Source of the DNA: the human T2T-CHM13v2.0 reference genome, Homo sapiens
Strand: one strand, 5' to 3'
DNA length: 64,000 bases
Assembly (NCBI RefSeq): GCF_009914755.1
Contig: NC_060947.1
Positions within the stretch are counted from its first letter, which is position 1. Each line of letters starts with the position of its first letter. Of this stretch, positions 14,552-32,460 are shown piece by piece. The notes under the pieces were generated by a model. That model saw only the letters and a program-made list of their open reading frames with translations. It made no database searches and had not been told where the DNA came from. The position numbers and the translations under genes are program-made.

Positions 14552-14890
14552 AGCCAGGTGCAGTGGCTCATACCTGTAATTCTAGCACTTTGGGAGGCCA
14601 AGGCAGGAGGATTGCCTGAACTCACGAGTTCGAGACCAGCCTGGCCAACATGGTGAAACCCCGTCTCTGAAAAAAATACACAAATTAGCCAGGCATGGTG
14701 GTGCCCGCCTGTAGTCCCAGCTACTCAGGAGGCTGAGGTGGGAGGATCACTTGAGCCCGGGAGGTCAAGACTGCAGTAAGCTATATGATCATACCACTGC
14801 ACTCCAGCCTGGATAACAGAGTGAGATTCTGTCTCAAAAAATAAATAAATAAATAAATAAATAAATAAGTAAATAAATAAATAAAAAAAA
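14552..14890 (+). mobile_element. Alu with (TAAA)n tail, inside MER5 sequence (~14505-15213)
   Basis: TSD TAAAAA(C/T)C(C/T)ACATACC at 14536-14551 and 14891-14906; flank GGGGTGGGGCCCAGGAATGGGCATTTCTGACCAGTTCCCAGGTGATGCTGATGCTGC is MER5A. Confidence 0.9.
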
Positions 14891-15710
14891 TAAAAATCTA
14901 CATACCCAGACCAATTACATCAGCACCTCTAGGGTAGACCAGGCAGAAGTTGTTTTTTTCTTTTTTTAATCCCCAAATGATTCCAATGCAAAGGCAGGTT
15001 GTAAACCAGGGTGGCTTGGTGGTTGTCTAACTTTGATGTGCATCAGAATACTCCAGGAGTGGGGGGAGGCTTGTTAAAACACCCATTGCTAGGCCCCACC
15101 CCACAACTTCTGATTCTGAGGCCTGGGGTGGGGCCCAGGAATGGGCATTTCTGACCAGTTCCCAGGTGATGCTGATGCTGCTCTTCCAGGCACTGCACTT
15201 GGAGAGCCACAGCTCCAGAAAAACCTGCCTGGCACCAACTGTCCTGATTAAGAAGGTGCCAGGTATAAAGCTTTTACTTAATTGGAGGCCCTAGGGTTGG
15301 GGTTTACATTAAAAGGCAAGTGAGCTGTGAGTGCTACTGCTTAATTAAAAATGCATACAGGGAGAGGGAGGCCAGGTTGATCAGCCCTAGGTGGTCACCT
15401 TCAGGGACTTGCTGCTGGGCAGGGCAGTCTGAGAAGGGAGCAGAGAAAGGGGAGCCAGTCTGTCTCCCTCTCCAAGGACTGCCAGCTTCTTGGGCTTGGT
15501 CTAATCCTGTCCTAAAGCATCTCAGCAGCCCATGCCTGGCCTCTGAACCCTCTTAGGAGGGTCTTTCCTGTGTTCATTTTTCTTCTAATTCACCCTCATC
15601 CACTTCTGCATTGAAGCCTCTTTCTCTGACCAAAATAGAAGCCATGATTGGCAAACAAAATCTAGTTAATAATAATAATATTTAAAAAAAAACCAACCAC
15701 CTTGGTGTTT

Positions 15711-15838
15711 AGTTGGGTGCAGTGGCATGCACCTGTAATACCAGCTACTTGGGAGGCTAAGGCAGGAAAATCGCTTGAGCCCAGGAGTTTGAGGCCAGCC
15801 TGGGCAATATAGTGAGACACCCTTCTCAAAAAAAAAAA
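15711..15838 (+). mobile_element. FLAM_A-like monomer
   Basis: GGTGCAGTGGCATGCACCTGTAATACCAGCTACTTGGGAGG...GAGGCCAGCCTGGGCAATATAGTGAGAC plus poly-A. Confidence 0.85.
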
Positions 15839-15955
15839 TTATTCAGTGTTGGGATTCCTGCTGCCTTGGAAGGCAAGTTTGGGGGAACTCTTGTTCATGG
15901 AGCAACTGTTTCACATACCGCTCTATCTAAGGCCTCATTCTTTACAGAATAAATC

Positions 15956-16261
15956 TTTTTTTTTTTTTTTTTTTTTTTTGGTACAGAGTCTCTCTCTGCC
16001 ACCCAGGCTGGAGTACAGTGGCAATGACCTCAGCTCATGCAGCCTCTGCCTCCGAGGCTCAAAAGATTCTCATGCCTCAGCCTCCCAAGTAGCTGGGATT
16101 ACAGGTGAGCACCACCTTACCCAGCCAATTTTTATATTTTTAGTAGAGACGGGGTTTCACCACTTTGGCCAGGCTGGTCTCAAACTCCTGATCTCAAGTG
16201 ATCTGCCCGCCGTGGCCTCCCAAAGTGCTGGGATTACAGGTGTGAACCACTGGGCCCAGCC
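15956..16261 (-). mobile_element. AluS
   Basis: Reverse Alu dimer; TSD C(A/T)GAATAAATCTTTT at 15945-15959 and 16262-16276. Confidence 0.95.
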
Positions 16262-16299
16262 CTGAATAAATCTTTTTCAATGTAATTGAAACTAAAATT

Positions 16300-16875
16300 A
16301 ATCATATACAGATGTTCTAACCCAGGAATTCCTCTCCCAGGAATACCCAAGAGAAATGAGTTCATATGGCCACATGGAGACATGTACATAAACATTTGCA
16401 GCAACTTTATTCATAAGAGACAAAAAAAAAAAAAAGGAAACAACACAAATTTCCATCAAAGGTAGAATGGATAAGTAAATTGTGGTGTATTTATACAATG
16501 GAATACTACCTAGCAATGAGAAAAAAAAAAAAAGAACTACTGATACACGCAACAATGTAGAGGTACTTCACAGATATACTGACTGAAAAAAAGGCCAGGC
16601 ACATATGAGTACGTATGTTCTGATTGAATTTACATGAACTTCTAGAGCAGACAGAACCAATCAATGACGACAGAACTCAGGATCGTGGTTAAGGAGGCAG
16701 GGGGTAGTATTGACTGAGAAGGGGCAAGAGGGAACCTTCTAGATGGCTGGAAATGTTCTATGTTTTGATCTGGGGCTGATTGCATGAATCTAGACATATG
16801 TAAAATTTTATTGAGTTGTACACTTAAGACTAGTGCACTTTATGATATATAAGCTACACTTCAATTTTAAAAAAA
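16300..16875 (+). mobile_element. Old L1M 3' region
   Basis: ATACCCAAGAGAAATGA...GCAGCAACTTTATTCATAA...TGGATAAGTAAATTGTGGTGTATTTATACAATGGAATACTAC. Confidence 0.8.
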
Positions 16876-17327
16876 TATTTTAATATAATTGAAAACATCA
16901 TTTTAGGCCATCTGGTCTCAGACAATCGTTTTTGATACCTGGGAACTGAGGTTTGAAAACGTTTGACAAGTTAGCAAAGATTTTTTTTTCTTCTTTTTGA
17001 ATTGGACAAATAAATGGTTCTTGCCAACTAGTACCCCAAGAAATTGGCATGTGACCGCTACCATTGGTATGGATTGAACTTGTACCCTTGGCCAAGCCCT
17101 GGAACAAACCTTGTATGTGCATTCTCATCCTCGCAACTCTGAAATGTAGGGACTATTATTATCCCTATTTTATGAACAAGGAAGCTGAGTTCGGAGAGAT
17201 TGAGTAACAATTGAGAAGGGAACTCAGCCCTGGTGTCACCCAGGCTGAGCTCTAACCATCCATCATGCTGAGACTGTAGCAGAAGATGTCCTGCGTGTTT
17301 TATGGAAACCAGTCCTTAAGAAGGGGT

Positions 17328-18222
<895 letters not shown>

Positions 18223-18229
18223 GGGTCGT

Positions 18230-18625
18230 AATTGTTTTTGCCCTGTGGCCCCTTTGGAGCCTTCTCAGAATAATACTTTAAGTGCATACAATAAAATACC
18301 ATGGAATTGCAAAGCAAACCAATTATATTGAAATAAGCATGAAAATATTTGGTGATGTAGTCATATACGTACTTATTTAATGAATTAAATAACTAGGTAA
18401 AATAACTGCTGTAATTTCAAAACAATGATGAGTGTAATTGGTATTTGAGATACCTGCAGTAACTGTAACATAATATGGAAATATCTGTGATTTCTGTTGG
18501 CGACAAAGTCACAGCTCCTGCCAATATCACTGTGGTTTGTTTCCTACGTCTATTAAAGGATTTCAGTGAGAGGTTAGCGAAAATGAAGATGTAATTTTTC
18601 TTCCCATCCAAGTTCACGGACCTCC
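18230..18625. mobile_element. Charlie4-like hAT fragment
   Basis: GAAATATCTGTGATTTCTGTTGGCGACAAAGTCACAG...CCCATCCAAGTTCACGGACC. Confidence 0.6.
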
Positions 18626-19368
18626 TGCCGTCTATCAATTTAGTAATCCTGCCTTCCAGGAAGCAGCCAGAGGTCGTGGAAGGAGACGGGGCAGCTGGGC
18701 TGAGTTCGGCTGCTTTTTGGGGCTGGCTCTAGCAGGAGCTCACTGGGTGGCCTTCCAGAGCTCACTTCCTCTCTCTGGCTTTGGTCTCCTCCTCTGTAAA
18801 AGGAGGTCCGAATTAAGCACTCTTCACAGTACCCGGCTGTGCACTTGTCCCCAGAAGTTTCTCTACCGGCTCCAGGGCTGTCTTCAGCCAATCAACAAAT
18901 GTTTCATGTGGTTCACCCTGTGCGGGGAACCTGGAACCCCCTGACGGGAATCCCTGTGCTTCCCAAATGCAGAGGGGCCTCCCTTCCCGAATGTGAAGGC
19001 CAGCAAAAACCCCAAGAGAAACTACTAGGAATATCTTCTATCTCTCAACTCCCTTCATTCTGGAGCCAGGGCATTTGCACTTTGAAATTCTTTTTCATTG
19101 ATTCTGTACCCAATGGAACCCGGGTTAAGTAAGAGGAGGGAGTATATAATCCAAGTTGAGTCAAGGCAGTAAACACTGGAGAAGATAAATAACAATGCAA
19201 GGGGCAGAGAATGGGCCCTGGAAGGAGTGATTAATTACCAAACAGCCGGTTCCAAAAACAAGCGGGCTGCGGCAAGAGGGAGAGATCCGAGGAGTCAGGC
19301 CCCGTGTCCAGAAGACTTTTTGCAAATGAAAGCGCTGGTGACAAGCTCTGAAAGCCGGCAAGGCATGA

Positions 19369-19798
<430 letters not shown>

Positions 19799-20550
19799 TG
19801 TTGTTGTGGTTTTTGAAGCTAGCAATGCCTGGGTTCCATCCTCAGAGATTTGGATTCAATTTAAGTGAGTGGGAGCCCAGGTATGAAGGATTTTTTAAAA
19901 GCTCCCAGAGGATTCTAAAGCTGAGCTAGGACTACAGACCACTGCAGGCGGTAAAGTCCCCAAAGCAGCCAGCCGGGAAAACAACTTTTCTTTTCCACCC
20001 TGCAGGCTGTGGGCAGGGCACTCCCTGGGCAAGGTGGCTCTCAAAGGCAGAAACCTGCAGGGGAGCCCTGGGGTCAAAAGGGGGAGGGCTATGGGAGATG
20101 AGAAGCTGGATCTGTGGACTCTCTGAAGTAAGAATGCCCTTCCCCGCCCTCGCTGGCGTTGGCCAGTGTAGACACCTGCTGCTGCGTCTTTTTCCCTTTC
20201 ACTCCACAAAAACATATATAAAACATCTGCGAGGGCCAGAGCGTCTGGTCCCAGGGCTGTGGCAGATATAAAAGGGTCTGCATAGTCTAGCCTCACCTGC
20301 CAGTATGCAGGAGCAAAATGCCACAAAGGCATTACTCCACCCCTCGGTTGCGCCGCTGGTCAAAGGTTCCCATACTTGAAATCCCAGAGAGGCCCCCCAG
20401 GTGCCCAACCTTGAGCCCTCCAGCCACGCACTGGTGATTGGGGGAGGCCTCCTGAGACCTCTGTTTATGGAGTACCCAGAGCCTTCAGGGTGGCAAGGCC
20501 TTGGTCAGAGACAGCGTGAGTTTCAGGGCTGGGGCATGTGAGGAGAATCA

Positions 20551-21020
<470 letters not shown>

Positions 21021-21029
21021 AAATAGATT

Positions 21030-22659
<1,630 letters not shown>

Positions 22660-23094
22660 CTATGGATTGGAGAGGTGCTACAAGGAGGGAGACGGTGGGA
22701 AACATTTGAGGAACTTCTCCAGCATTTGGTATGGGAGATGTGAAGGAAGTTGAACAGGTAGTTGGGCAGTTTTACATGTACTGTTTCTGAGCCTCCAACC
22801 CTAAATGCTACCCCCCTATCCTGCGTGGGGCAACAGCCGGCCCATGCCACTCCATCCTCTGGAGCCTTTATCCTCTCCCTCCACCAAAGAGAAACAAAGT
22901 CACCAAGCTTGCCAGCTCCTGGAAATGCTGGAGACCTTTGTCACCTGAGGTCAACCCACATGGGGAAAGCCCACTTACAGTGAACCAATTGAAATAGAGA
23001 CCAAGGTTTCCAAGTAAATACAGGGGAAAAAATTGAACTGGGACTTAATCTCAAAAATGACACTTGAATCATAAAAATAAGTTATTTTTGGTTT

Positions 23095-23797
<703 letters not shown>

Positions 23798-25944
23798 AAG
23801 TCATTTCATATTTAAGAAAATGGAGTTTCTAAGTGCAACTGTGCACCACTCTTAGCAGTAACAAAGTGCTGACAAGTTTGGTTGGGAGTTCAAAGCTTTT
23901 CTTTTCCCCGACCAAATCATCTAGAGACACAACAGCCTCCAATTCACCCTTGACTTTCACACACCATCATAAACAGGGTCATTTTGGCAAAAAGGTTCAA
24001 GGCCTTCATCAGCTATCCCAAGGGTCTCTCTTGATTCTTTGTTCTTCAAAAGGTCCACTTTTGGAAACTCCCATCATGCCTCCTGCCTATGGATCATCTC
24101 TTTGGCTGAGAACCGAGCTAACTCACTCAAGATCCCAATTAGTGACTCCTCATGAGATGGAAGTAATTCTCCGGCATCGTCCTCATTTGATTTCAGAAAA
24201 TCCAGCAGTTCTGGACTTCACAGTTGCACCACACGGTATTGGGCTGTGGTCTGCTTCCTGGCAACCAAAGGGCAGGACATAGGTAGCTGATAAGGAAGGA
24301 GTGAAGGATGTCTGCGTGGGGGCAAATTTCATGCAAAATTCATTACTGAATATTTCTGTAATATGACAATTTCTGCTTTCCTAGCCAACCATACAACTGC
24401 AGAGATCCACAGAGCTACCGTTTGAGGAATAAGGAACCCTGTACATAGCCAGGGGCATTCTAAAATCCCCAAACTTGAATCCTACTTCCGACTTTGCTAG
24501 GACACCGCAGGAATTACCATCAAAGAAGGAAAAAGATGCACAGAAGTTTCCCATTCGACAGCTACGATTCTACAACCCCATAGTCTTTCTAAACCACAGG
24601 CTGCATTTTCCATTTTGTTTTGCTGTGTTTTCCTTCATGCGCCTAACTCCGGAGGCAGAGTTCTGCCCCTACAAAGCCACATTCATGTCATCATTCCAAA
24701 ACTCACAACTCCTGAAAACTTTGAGGAATGTTATTAGGCCCTGTAGGCCAGAAGGGCCGTTTCCAGGGTAACAGCAACTCCACACTAAGGAAGAAAGGCA
24801 TTTCCCTTCCTATGCTCCTCTCAGAGTTCAGGCCACTACAGAGAAACCCATGCCCTGAGCCTGAGGGACACTTCCTGTGGCCCTTATGCAACCAGCCCAG
24901 CACCCACCCCAAGGACACACAGCCAGCCCCTGCGCACTGGAAGGCCACACTTCCTGCCCCCGATATCTCATGTTGATCTCCTGCCATAAATCTACCCATG
25001 CCTGTCCGTCAGCACGTCCCAATCTGTGGTCTGGAAAAGTCAGCATAGATGTGAGAAGAACTCCTGCACAGGCATTTGTTTTTCCAGCCGCCTGGCTTTT
25101 GTTTTGAGCAAGGTGGAAATGAAAACTGTCTCTAAGGGAGAGAACGCTCCCTCCAGGTGCTTGAGTGACTCCAGGCCCAGAGAGCTTAACCGTGCCCCTT
25201 TCACCTTGGCCTGGGTCCTTCTTGACTGAATAAGACACATTTCCGCCATCTAATAAGGAAACTTGGAAATGAGGAAGGAGGCCCGCAGGGGATATCTGGG
25301 ATGCCCTGTCCATGTAAGTCTTTCTCCCCAGTGTTCGTCGGCTTTCCTGATTGCCTAATCCAGACAGGCTCTGGCAGGGACCCCTGAAGGCGAACCACAT
25401 TGAGCTGGGTGAGAGATTCCCCCTGTGAAACTCAAGACATATCGAGTTCAAGAACAGGGCTCAAAAGCTTGTGGGGCTAAGGCAGGTCATGGCCACAGGG
25501 TCTCTCTACCAGATCCCCCTCCCCCATCTCTGTGCGCCCCACCACTCCTGCACCCATCCACATACAACTAAGCCTTGCATTTACTTGCAAGTTTCTTGAG
25601 ACATGGCTGAAAAAAAAAAAAAAAAAAGCTGTTTTTGCCAATGACACTGATCTTCCCTGATTCATAATGGAGTCAGACCTTCGAATTCCTCCTGGGGACA
25701 GAAGGAGAAGTGACTAACAGGAAGCCCTTGGGATTGTGAGACTTACCCTTGAGAATGGAAGAGCACAGTGGAGAAAAAAATGAACACATGTAACAAAATC
25801 AGCGGCAAGTGCAAGGCTGGGCAGTGCTATTGAAGCTCAGTAGCAATTCAGGGAAGGGAACTACCAGGGCAGGCTGACTTGCGGCAGACAGGGTGTTCTT
25901 GGGGGTGGTGCAAGGTGGGGAAGTGCTGAGGCTAAAGGTAAGTC

Positions 25945-26244
<300 letters not shown>

Positions 26245-26533
26245 TAAAGCTAAGTCTTACAGATTTCCATAGGAAAGGACCAGGCAGGGGGTGGCAGGGC
26301 TAAAGCACAGAAGTGGGAATGGCCCTGGCATATGCAGGCAGAGAGAACAATCCACAGAAAAACAGGTTTTGCTTATATTTCATTTAGAGGATTTTCTAAT
26401 ACAGATTCAAGTCATTCAACATTTACTGGTACCTACTATGAGGTACCTGCTATGGGCCAGGCACCATTTTGGGACCTACAGGGGATCTGGGGCTAGTCCA
26501 GCAGGACGAAGGACCAGAACAAACAAAGTGACA

Positions 26534-26942
26534 TGTCTGCGTTTGGGTTCCTCAGTAGCCGACCCTGAGATAAGGGTCTAAGTACAAGTAGTATATCTGG
26601 AAGGAGGCAGGGAAGGGAAGGTAGCCAATGAGCAGGTTACTGCTGTGGGCAACTGGGGCACAGTCCCACTGGGGATCTGAGAGCTGGCACAGAACAATTA
26701 CTTGGGAATATTCCATCCATGGAGTGAGGGAGCTGGGGTATTTATCCACCAGCTCCCATCAGTCATTGGTTGAGGGCTGCTCCCAGGGAGCATTAACCCC
26801 CTGGCACCTTCTGCTTGACAGAGAAGGCTCAAGTGGTCAGAAACAGGCTCCAGGCACAGGGATACAGGTGCTGGCAGCTGTGTGCACAGAAATGGTAAGC
26901 ACAAGGTGACATGGGTGAGGCATCAATAGTGTCTACTGCACA
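26534..26942 (-). mobile_element. ERVL LTR (LTR33-like)
   Basis: GCCGACCCTGAGATAAGG...CTGTGGGCAACTGGGG...GGAGCTGGGGTATTTATCCACCAGCTCCCATCAGTCATTGGTTGAGGGCTGCTCC. Confidence 0.75.
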
Positions 26943-28248
26943 TGTGACTGAAAGGGGACAAAGAGGATATGGACCTGTGGCCTCCATAAAGACACCAGGA
27001 CAAAGTTTCCAAAACACTCATCGGAAGATCCTTGGGGTTCAAAATGCTGAGAGCCGGGGCTGGGGAAGTAGTACATCATTTCAAATAAAAGGAACATTGT
27101 GAACAAAGACAGCTGAGCAAGGATCATGTCTGGGAGCTGAAAAGTGTGATTTGGCTAAAGTATAGTGACAAGGAAGGTCAGAGGTAGGGACCTGAGCCAC
27201 ACTGTGGAGAACTCGAATGCCAGGCAACAGCTTTAATCTTCATTCCACAGGCAATGAGGAGCCATTGAAGGTGGTTGAGCAGGAGTGGCATGGAGAAGTG
27301 TTGTAGGAACACTAATCTAGCCAAAAAGCAAGAGGATAACTTGGAGGTAGGGAGACTAGGTTAAAAAAAAAAATTCCCCAAATGAATGTTAGCCACAGTG
27401 GAGATTATTTCGGAAGGGAGAGAAATGAAGGGGGCTCCCTGCAGCTCTGGCCCCAAGAGAAAGGCCCCTGAAAAGAATTGCGTGGGAGCTGCTAAAAGGG
27501 GGACCAGCTCCTCGCCTGCATGGCCTGATTGTTCCTTCTGGCAAAGATGTGGGCCCACTCATTTCTCTCCTATTTTCTTTCCTCCAAAAATGCTTTTGGC
27601 CTCTGGTTTCCGAAAGCTTTGCTCAGTGAGTTTAAACAGCATCTCACAGCATGGCCGAGCAATAACAAATGGCGCCTGGTGGCTCGCCTGCTGGTGGCTT
27701 AAAAAACAATTGATGACTTTTAATCAGCTGAATGAGCATGGGACAAATGACAGCATGGCCTGAATGCAGCCCAGACGTCATCGGCTGACATCAGTGGGGA
27801 GGAGGGAGGTGCCCTTCTGGTGAGCTTGGGAACAAACAGGAGCAGAGGCTGGCGCTTGAGGCTCCAGGAGGCAGCTCTGCTCTCACCCCAAAGCGGTTGC
27901 CTTCTTCTCTCCCTTCTGGGGAGACCAGGTGAGCCAAGGGCTGGGGCACTGGAAGACCGGGGTTCAGGGTCTCCAGATGTCACTTGGTAACTGTAGGCAT
28001 CAGTTCCCCTCCAGACCTCAGTTTCCCCCTCTGATAAATGGAGGAGATGAAGGCAAGTTTGTGTCTTCTGTTAAGCCGCCCCATATGTGGGATAGCTTTA
28101 GACTGAATCTCTAAAGGACTCAAGTGAAGGTCTGTTTATATATCCTGCTCCTATCAAAACTATCAAAACCATCAACACTCCCCACTGCACGGCCACTTTC
28201 CCCCACCTCCCCCTACCCACACACCAAATGGATACTCACCAAGCATTC

Positions 28249-28545
28249 CTTTTTTTTTTTTTTTTTTTTTTTGAGACGGACTCTTGCTCTGTTGCCCAGG
28301 CTGGAGTGCAGCAGCGTGATCTCACTGCAACCTCCGCCTCCCGGGTTCAAGCTATTCTCCTGCCTTGTAATCCTAGCTGGGATTACAGGTGCGTGCCACC
28401 ACACCCAGCTAATTTTTGTATTTTTCATAGAGATGGGGTTTTGCCATGTTGGCCAGGTTGGTCTCCAACTCCTAAGCTCAAGTGATCCACCTGCCTCAGC
28501 CCCCCAAAGTCCTGGGATTACAGGTGTGAGCCACTGCACCCGGCC
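28249..28545 (-). mobile_element. AluS
   Basis: Reverse Alu; TSD TCACCAAGCAT at 28236-28246 and 28546-28556. Confidence 0.95.
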
Positions 28546-29149
28546 TCACCAAGCATCTCTGATAAAGGAGTGCAAATTTGAGCAAAGGAAGCAAAAATGG
28601 CAGGAATGAAAATAAAGGTATTTGTTGAGTGCTTACTACATGCCTGGCCCCGTGCTATGTGTTTATAGGCATTATCTCATTATCCCCATCTCACATGAGG
28701 TGAGGTGGGGAGGAAACAGGCTCGGAAGGGTAAAGGAATCTGCCCATAGTTCTACCACCAGTAAGTGAGGGACACGAACACATGCCTACCTGCTTCCAAA
28801 GCGCTTGCCCTTCCTCACTTTTCCAGCCCAAACTGGGACACAGGAGCAACTTAAGAAAGTAGGCTGGGGGAAAACTTGACCTGATGCAGGAACATATAAA
28901 TTATATTAAGAAATGCCACAGGTCACACCTCAGTCACAATCACAGGAACGCAAGACCTTTATGCCATGAATCTTCCCTGACCACCAAAATTTAGGAATTA
29001 AGAATCTGCTTCTTAGGATTTTTTTTTTTAATCCTGTGCTTGGTCCACAGGAATGGACACTCCCTCCTGGCCAGCTTGCCCACCCTCCAGGCCACAGTTT
29101 GCACACTGTTTGTCTCCCCGAGAAGAGCTACCCCTCCCTCCCTGGCTTA

Positions 29150-29570
29150 TGCTGGGCTTTGTGCGAGATGGACCCTGAGATGGTGACTGGTGTATAGGAT
29201 CCTGATTGGAGGCTGCTGTCAGGAACAATGCCTGTGAGGGAGAAAGGGCTGCAGGATGGGGCAGAGGGAGAAGCTGAACTACAGTGCAGTTGCAACAGAG
29301 GCCTCAGTCAACTCCAAGGCAAGTTCTGGGGCTGGGATGGCCCTTCAGAGATGTCCTAAATTGAGGCAAAGGGGTAAGTCCTTGCATAGTCTCCCCCGCC
29401 TATAAACCAGTCATTGAATGAGTTGCCCTCCCGGAAGGTGGCAGGGCGCTCCCTTGGACAAGGCAGCTCAGCCAGCTCCTATCAGCTAAGGACAATTCCA
29501 AGTGGGCAGCGGTCCCCACCCAAACCTTTGAAGGGGGTAGTTATATGGTGTGCTCCTGAATCCACCATCC
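29150..29570 (-). mobile_element. ERVL LTR16-like
   Basis: GGGCAGAGGGAGAAGCTGAACT...GCAACAGAGGCCTCAG...CTGGGATGGCCCTTCAGAG. Confidence 0.7.
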
Positions 29571-30559
29571 CATCCAACAAAACTCCTGCTCATCCTTCAG
29601 TTGGCAGCTCAAGCTTGACCCATTCTTTCTGAACTCCTAGCCACTCCCTGAGCCCCTAGACTCGCCACTATTTCCATCCGCAATGATGGCCCTGCTTCAG
29701 AAATGTCAGATAACTCCTTACCCTCCATCTCTAGACAGTGAGAAATGGAGATCACCTTTACCACCTGTTCCTGGCACAAAGAAGCCTCCCCTAGGTGCTG
29801 AGTAGATGGATGTTGCATGGGAGGTGCCAGCAGGCCCACGGGAATGTTCCAGCTTCCACAATTTCCTCTCTATCAGTGACTCAAAGTGTCTACGTTGTTT
29901 CTGCCGATGACATACAAGCACAGAGAAAGCTTGCTCCCACAGCCAACCTGGCAACCTCTCTTGGGCTCAGGCCAAGAAAGTCCTGTCCTTGTTCCCTTCC
30001 CTGTCCAGTGTTCTGCTGTAAGTCCACTTCCTAGCTAAGAGGGCCAAGCACATTTAGAAGCCTCCGTGCCAGGGAAAGCCCAATGCCATTGCCAACTGCA
30101 CTACATCGCCGTTCTTCTGAAGGAAATTACTATTGATCCCACAGCTCTCCTCCCCATGCTGTTTGCCGGGGACAGCCAAGGATTCCCGTGCCAGCTGGGC
30201 TCCCACACGGCTCGACTGTTCCTGCACCAGATGGCCAGACCAACACCCTCTGGCTGCCGCACGCTCCCTGGGAGACGAGGCTCTGACGTCTATCAGCCTG
30301 GCTTTTTGTGCACAGGGACGCCGGGGTCAGGGATTACAGGGCCAATCACATTACACTAAAAATCTCTGCACAGCGTAAAGATTTCCAAATCCCAGTGGTT
30401 ATCAGTGTAACCAACAAGGCAGGGAAACTGTTTCTATAGCCTTAACTTTCACTGCTCTTTTCACAAATATCAGTTGAATGCCTCCGTGGTCTGAGGGATG
30501 CAATGGTAAACAAGACAGTCCCTACCCTCAAGCTAGTTATAGTCTACTGGGGTATAGGT

Positions 30560-30693
30560 TAGGTAACCATATCATTTATTGTTCAAACTAGGACACTTTT
30601 GAGAAAGTAAAAGGGGTGTTTTTATCGTTAAACCAGGGTAGTAGGCATAAATAAGGAGGTGTTCCAGGCAAACCAGGATGTTTGGGCACCCCA
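30560..30693 (+). mobile_element. MER94-like hAT-Blackjack MITE
   Basis: AGGTAACCATATCATTTATTGTTCAAACTAGGACACTTTTGAGA...GGCAAACCAGGATGTTTGGGCACCC. Confidence 0.7.
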
Positions 30694-30749
30694 GATAGAG
30701 ACACAGCATGACCAAAATGGGGGGGAGTTCAGGTCATGGGGGCATAGTA

Positions 30750-30776
30750 CTGTTAGGTGGCGCCACAAGATGGCGC
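30750..30776 (+). promoter_or_regulatory. Candidate tandem CTCF site overlapping a YY1 motif
   Basis: CCACAAGATGGCGC (30763-30776) and CTGTTAGGTGGCGC (30750-30763) resemble the CTCF core CCASYAGRKGGCRS; AAGATGGCG is the YY1 core. Confidence 0.55.
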
Positions 30777-30866
30777 AATTGAAATACTCGTAGCTTTTCT
30801 TTGTTTTTGTTTTCTCTCTTGAAAACTAATTTTTCTTTCCATTGCCACAGAGCCAGTAGAACCCTT

Positions 30867-31642
<776 letters not shown>

Positions 31643-32017
31643 GAATCATCATTTAAGTTCAATAATTTATGTGGCTGATTTCATGTACTCTGGGCAGTTC
31701 TATCACATTCCCCAAAATTATAATGTCCGCTCTCACCCAAAACAACACAGAAAGTTGGGGGAGGAAGGGGTTATGTTCTTCCCATAACCTAATCTGAACA
31801 CTGAGGAAGGAGGAGCCCACACAGTTTAGTGCTAAGTGCCACAGTGCAGATAGGTGAATCAGGGAGTCCACCGCCAGGGTCTAGACTGCTGTGGAAAGCT
31901 TACCCCCAGGGACAGATGCCTAACATTTGCATATTCAAATTGACCAGTGGGGAACTCAGGATATCTTGTCTGTGATTGGTGGGATGACTTAGGGACTGCC
32001 CATGGGTACCACTTGTG

Positions 32018-32460
32018 CTGTGAGTCAGGGCCCCAGTAGCAATGGATGGCAGACTCAGCAAGAGGGTTAACTGACAAGAGTTTGTAAAGGGACTATTTAC
32101 AGAGTTGTGGGCAGATTACAGAAACCACAAGGGATAGGGAAGTACCCTGGGACTAGCAACAATGGGAAGCTGCCACCACTCCCTGGACTGAGGGAGCCAG
32201 GAGTGGGGGCTGTTAGCAGAACCTGGAAAGAGCTGTAGGTGAGGGCTGCTATGGGACGAGGAACGCAGCCACCACCAAAAGGGCAGCCCAGCTGTGGAAA
32301 TAAATACCCAACCTCTGACTCCTCCTACCTGCCTCCCATTGGCCAAGCCAACCAGAAGCCAGTGGTCAAGGCAGCCCAAGGGATCCAGTCCCCAAGGATC
32401 AAGGATCAGCCTCCTGGGCACAGAAAGTGGATGGGGTGAGGGGAGGGCAAATAGATCTGC
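32018..32460 (-). mobile_element. ERVL LTR (LTR41-like)
   Basis: AAAGGGACTATTTACAGAG...GTACCCTGGGACTAGCAAC...GCCTCCCATTGGCCAAGCCAACCAGAAGCCAG. Confidence 0.7.
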
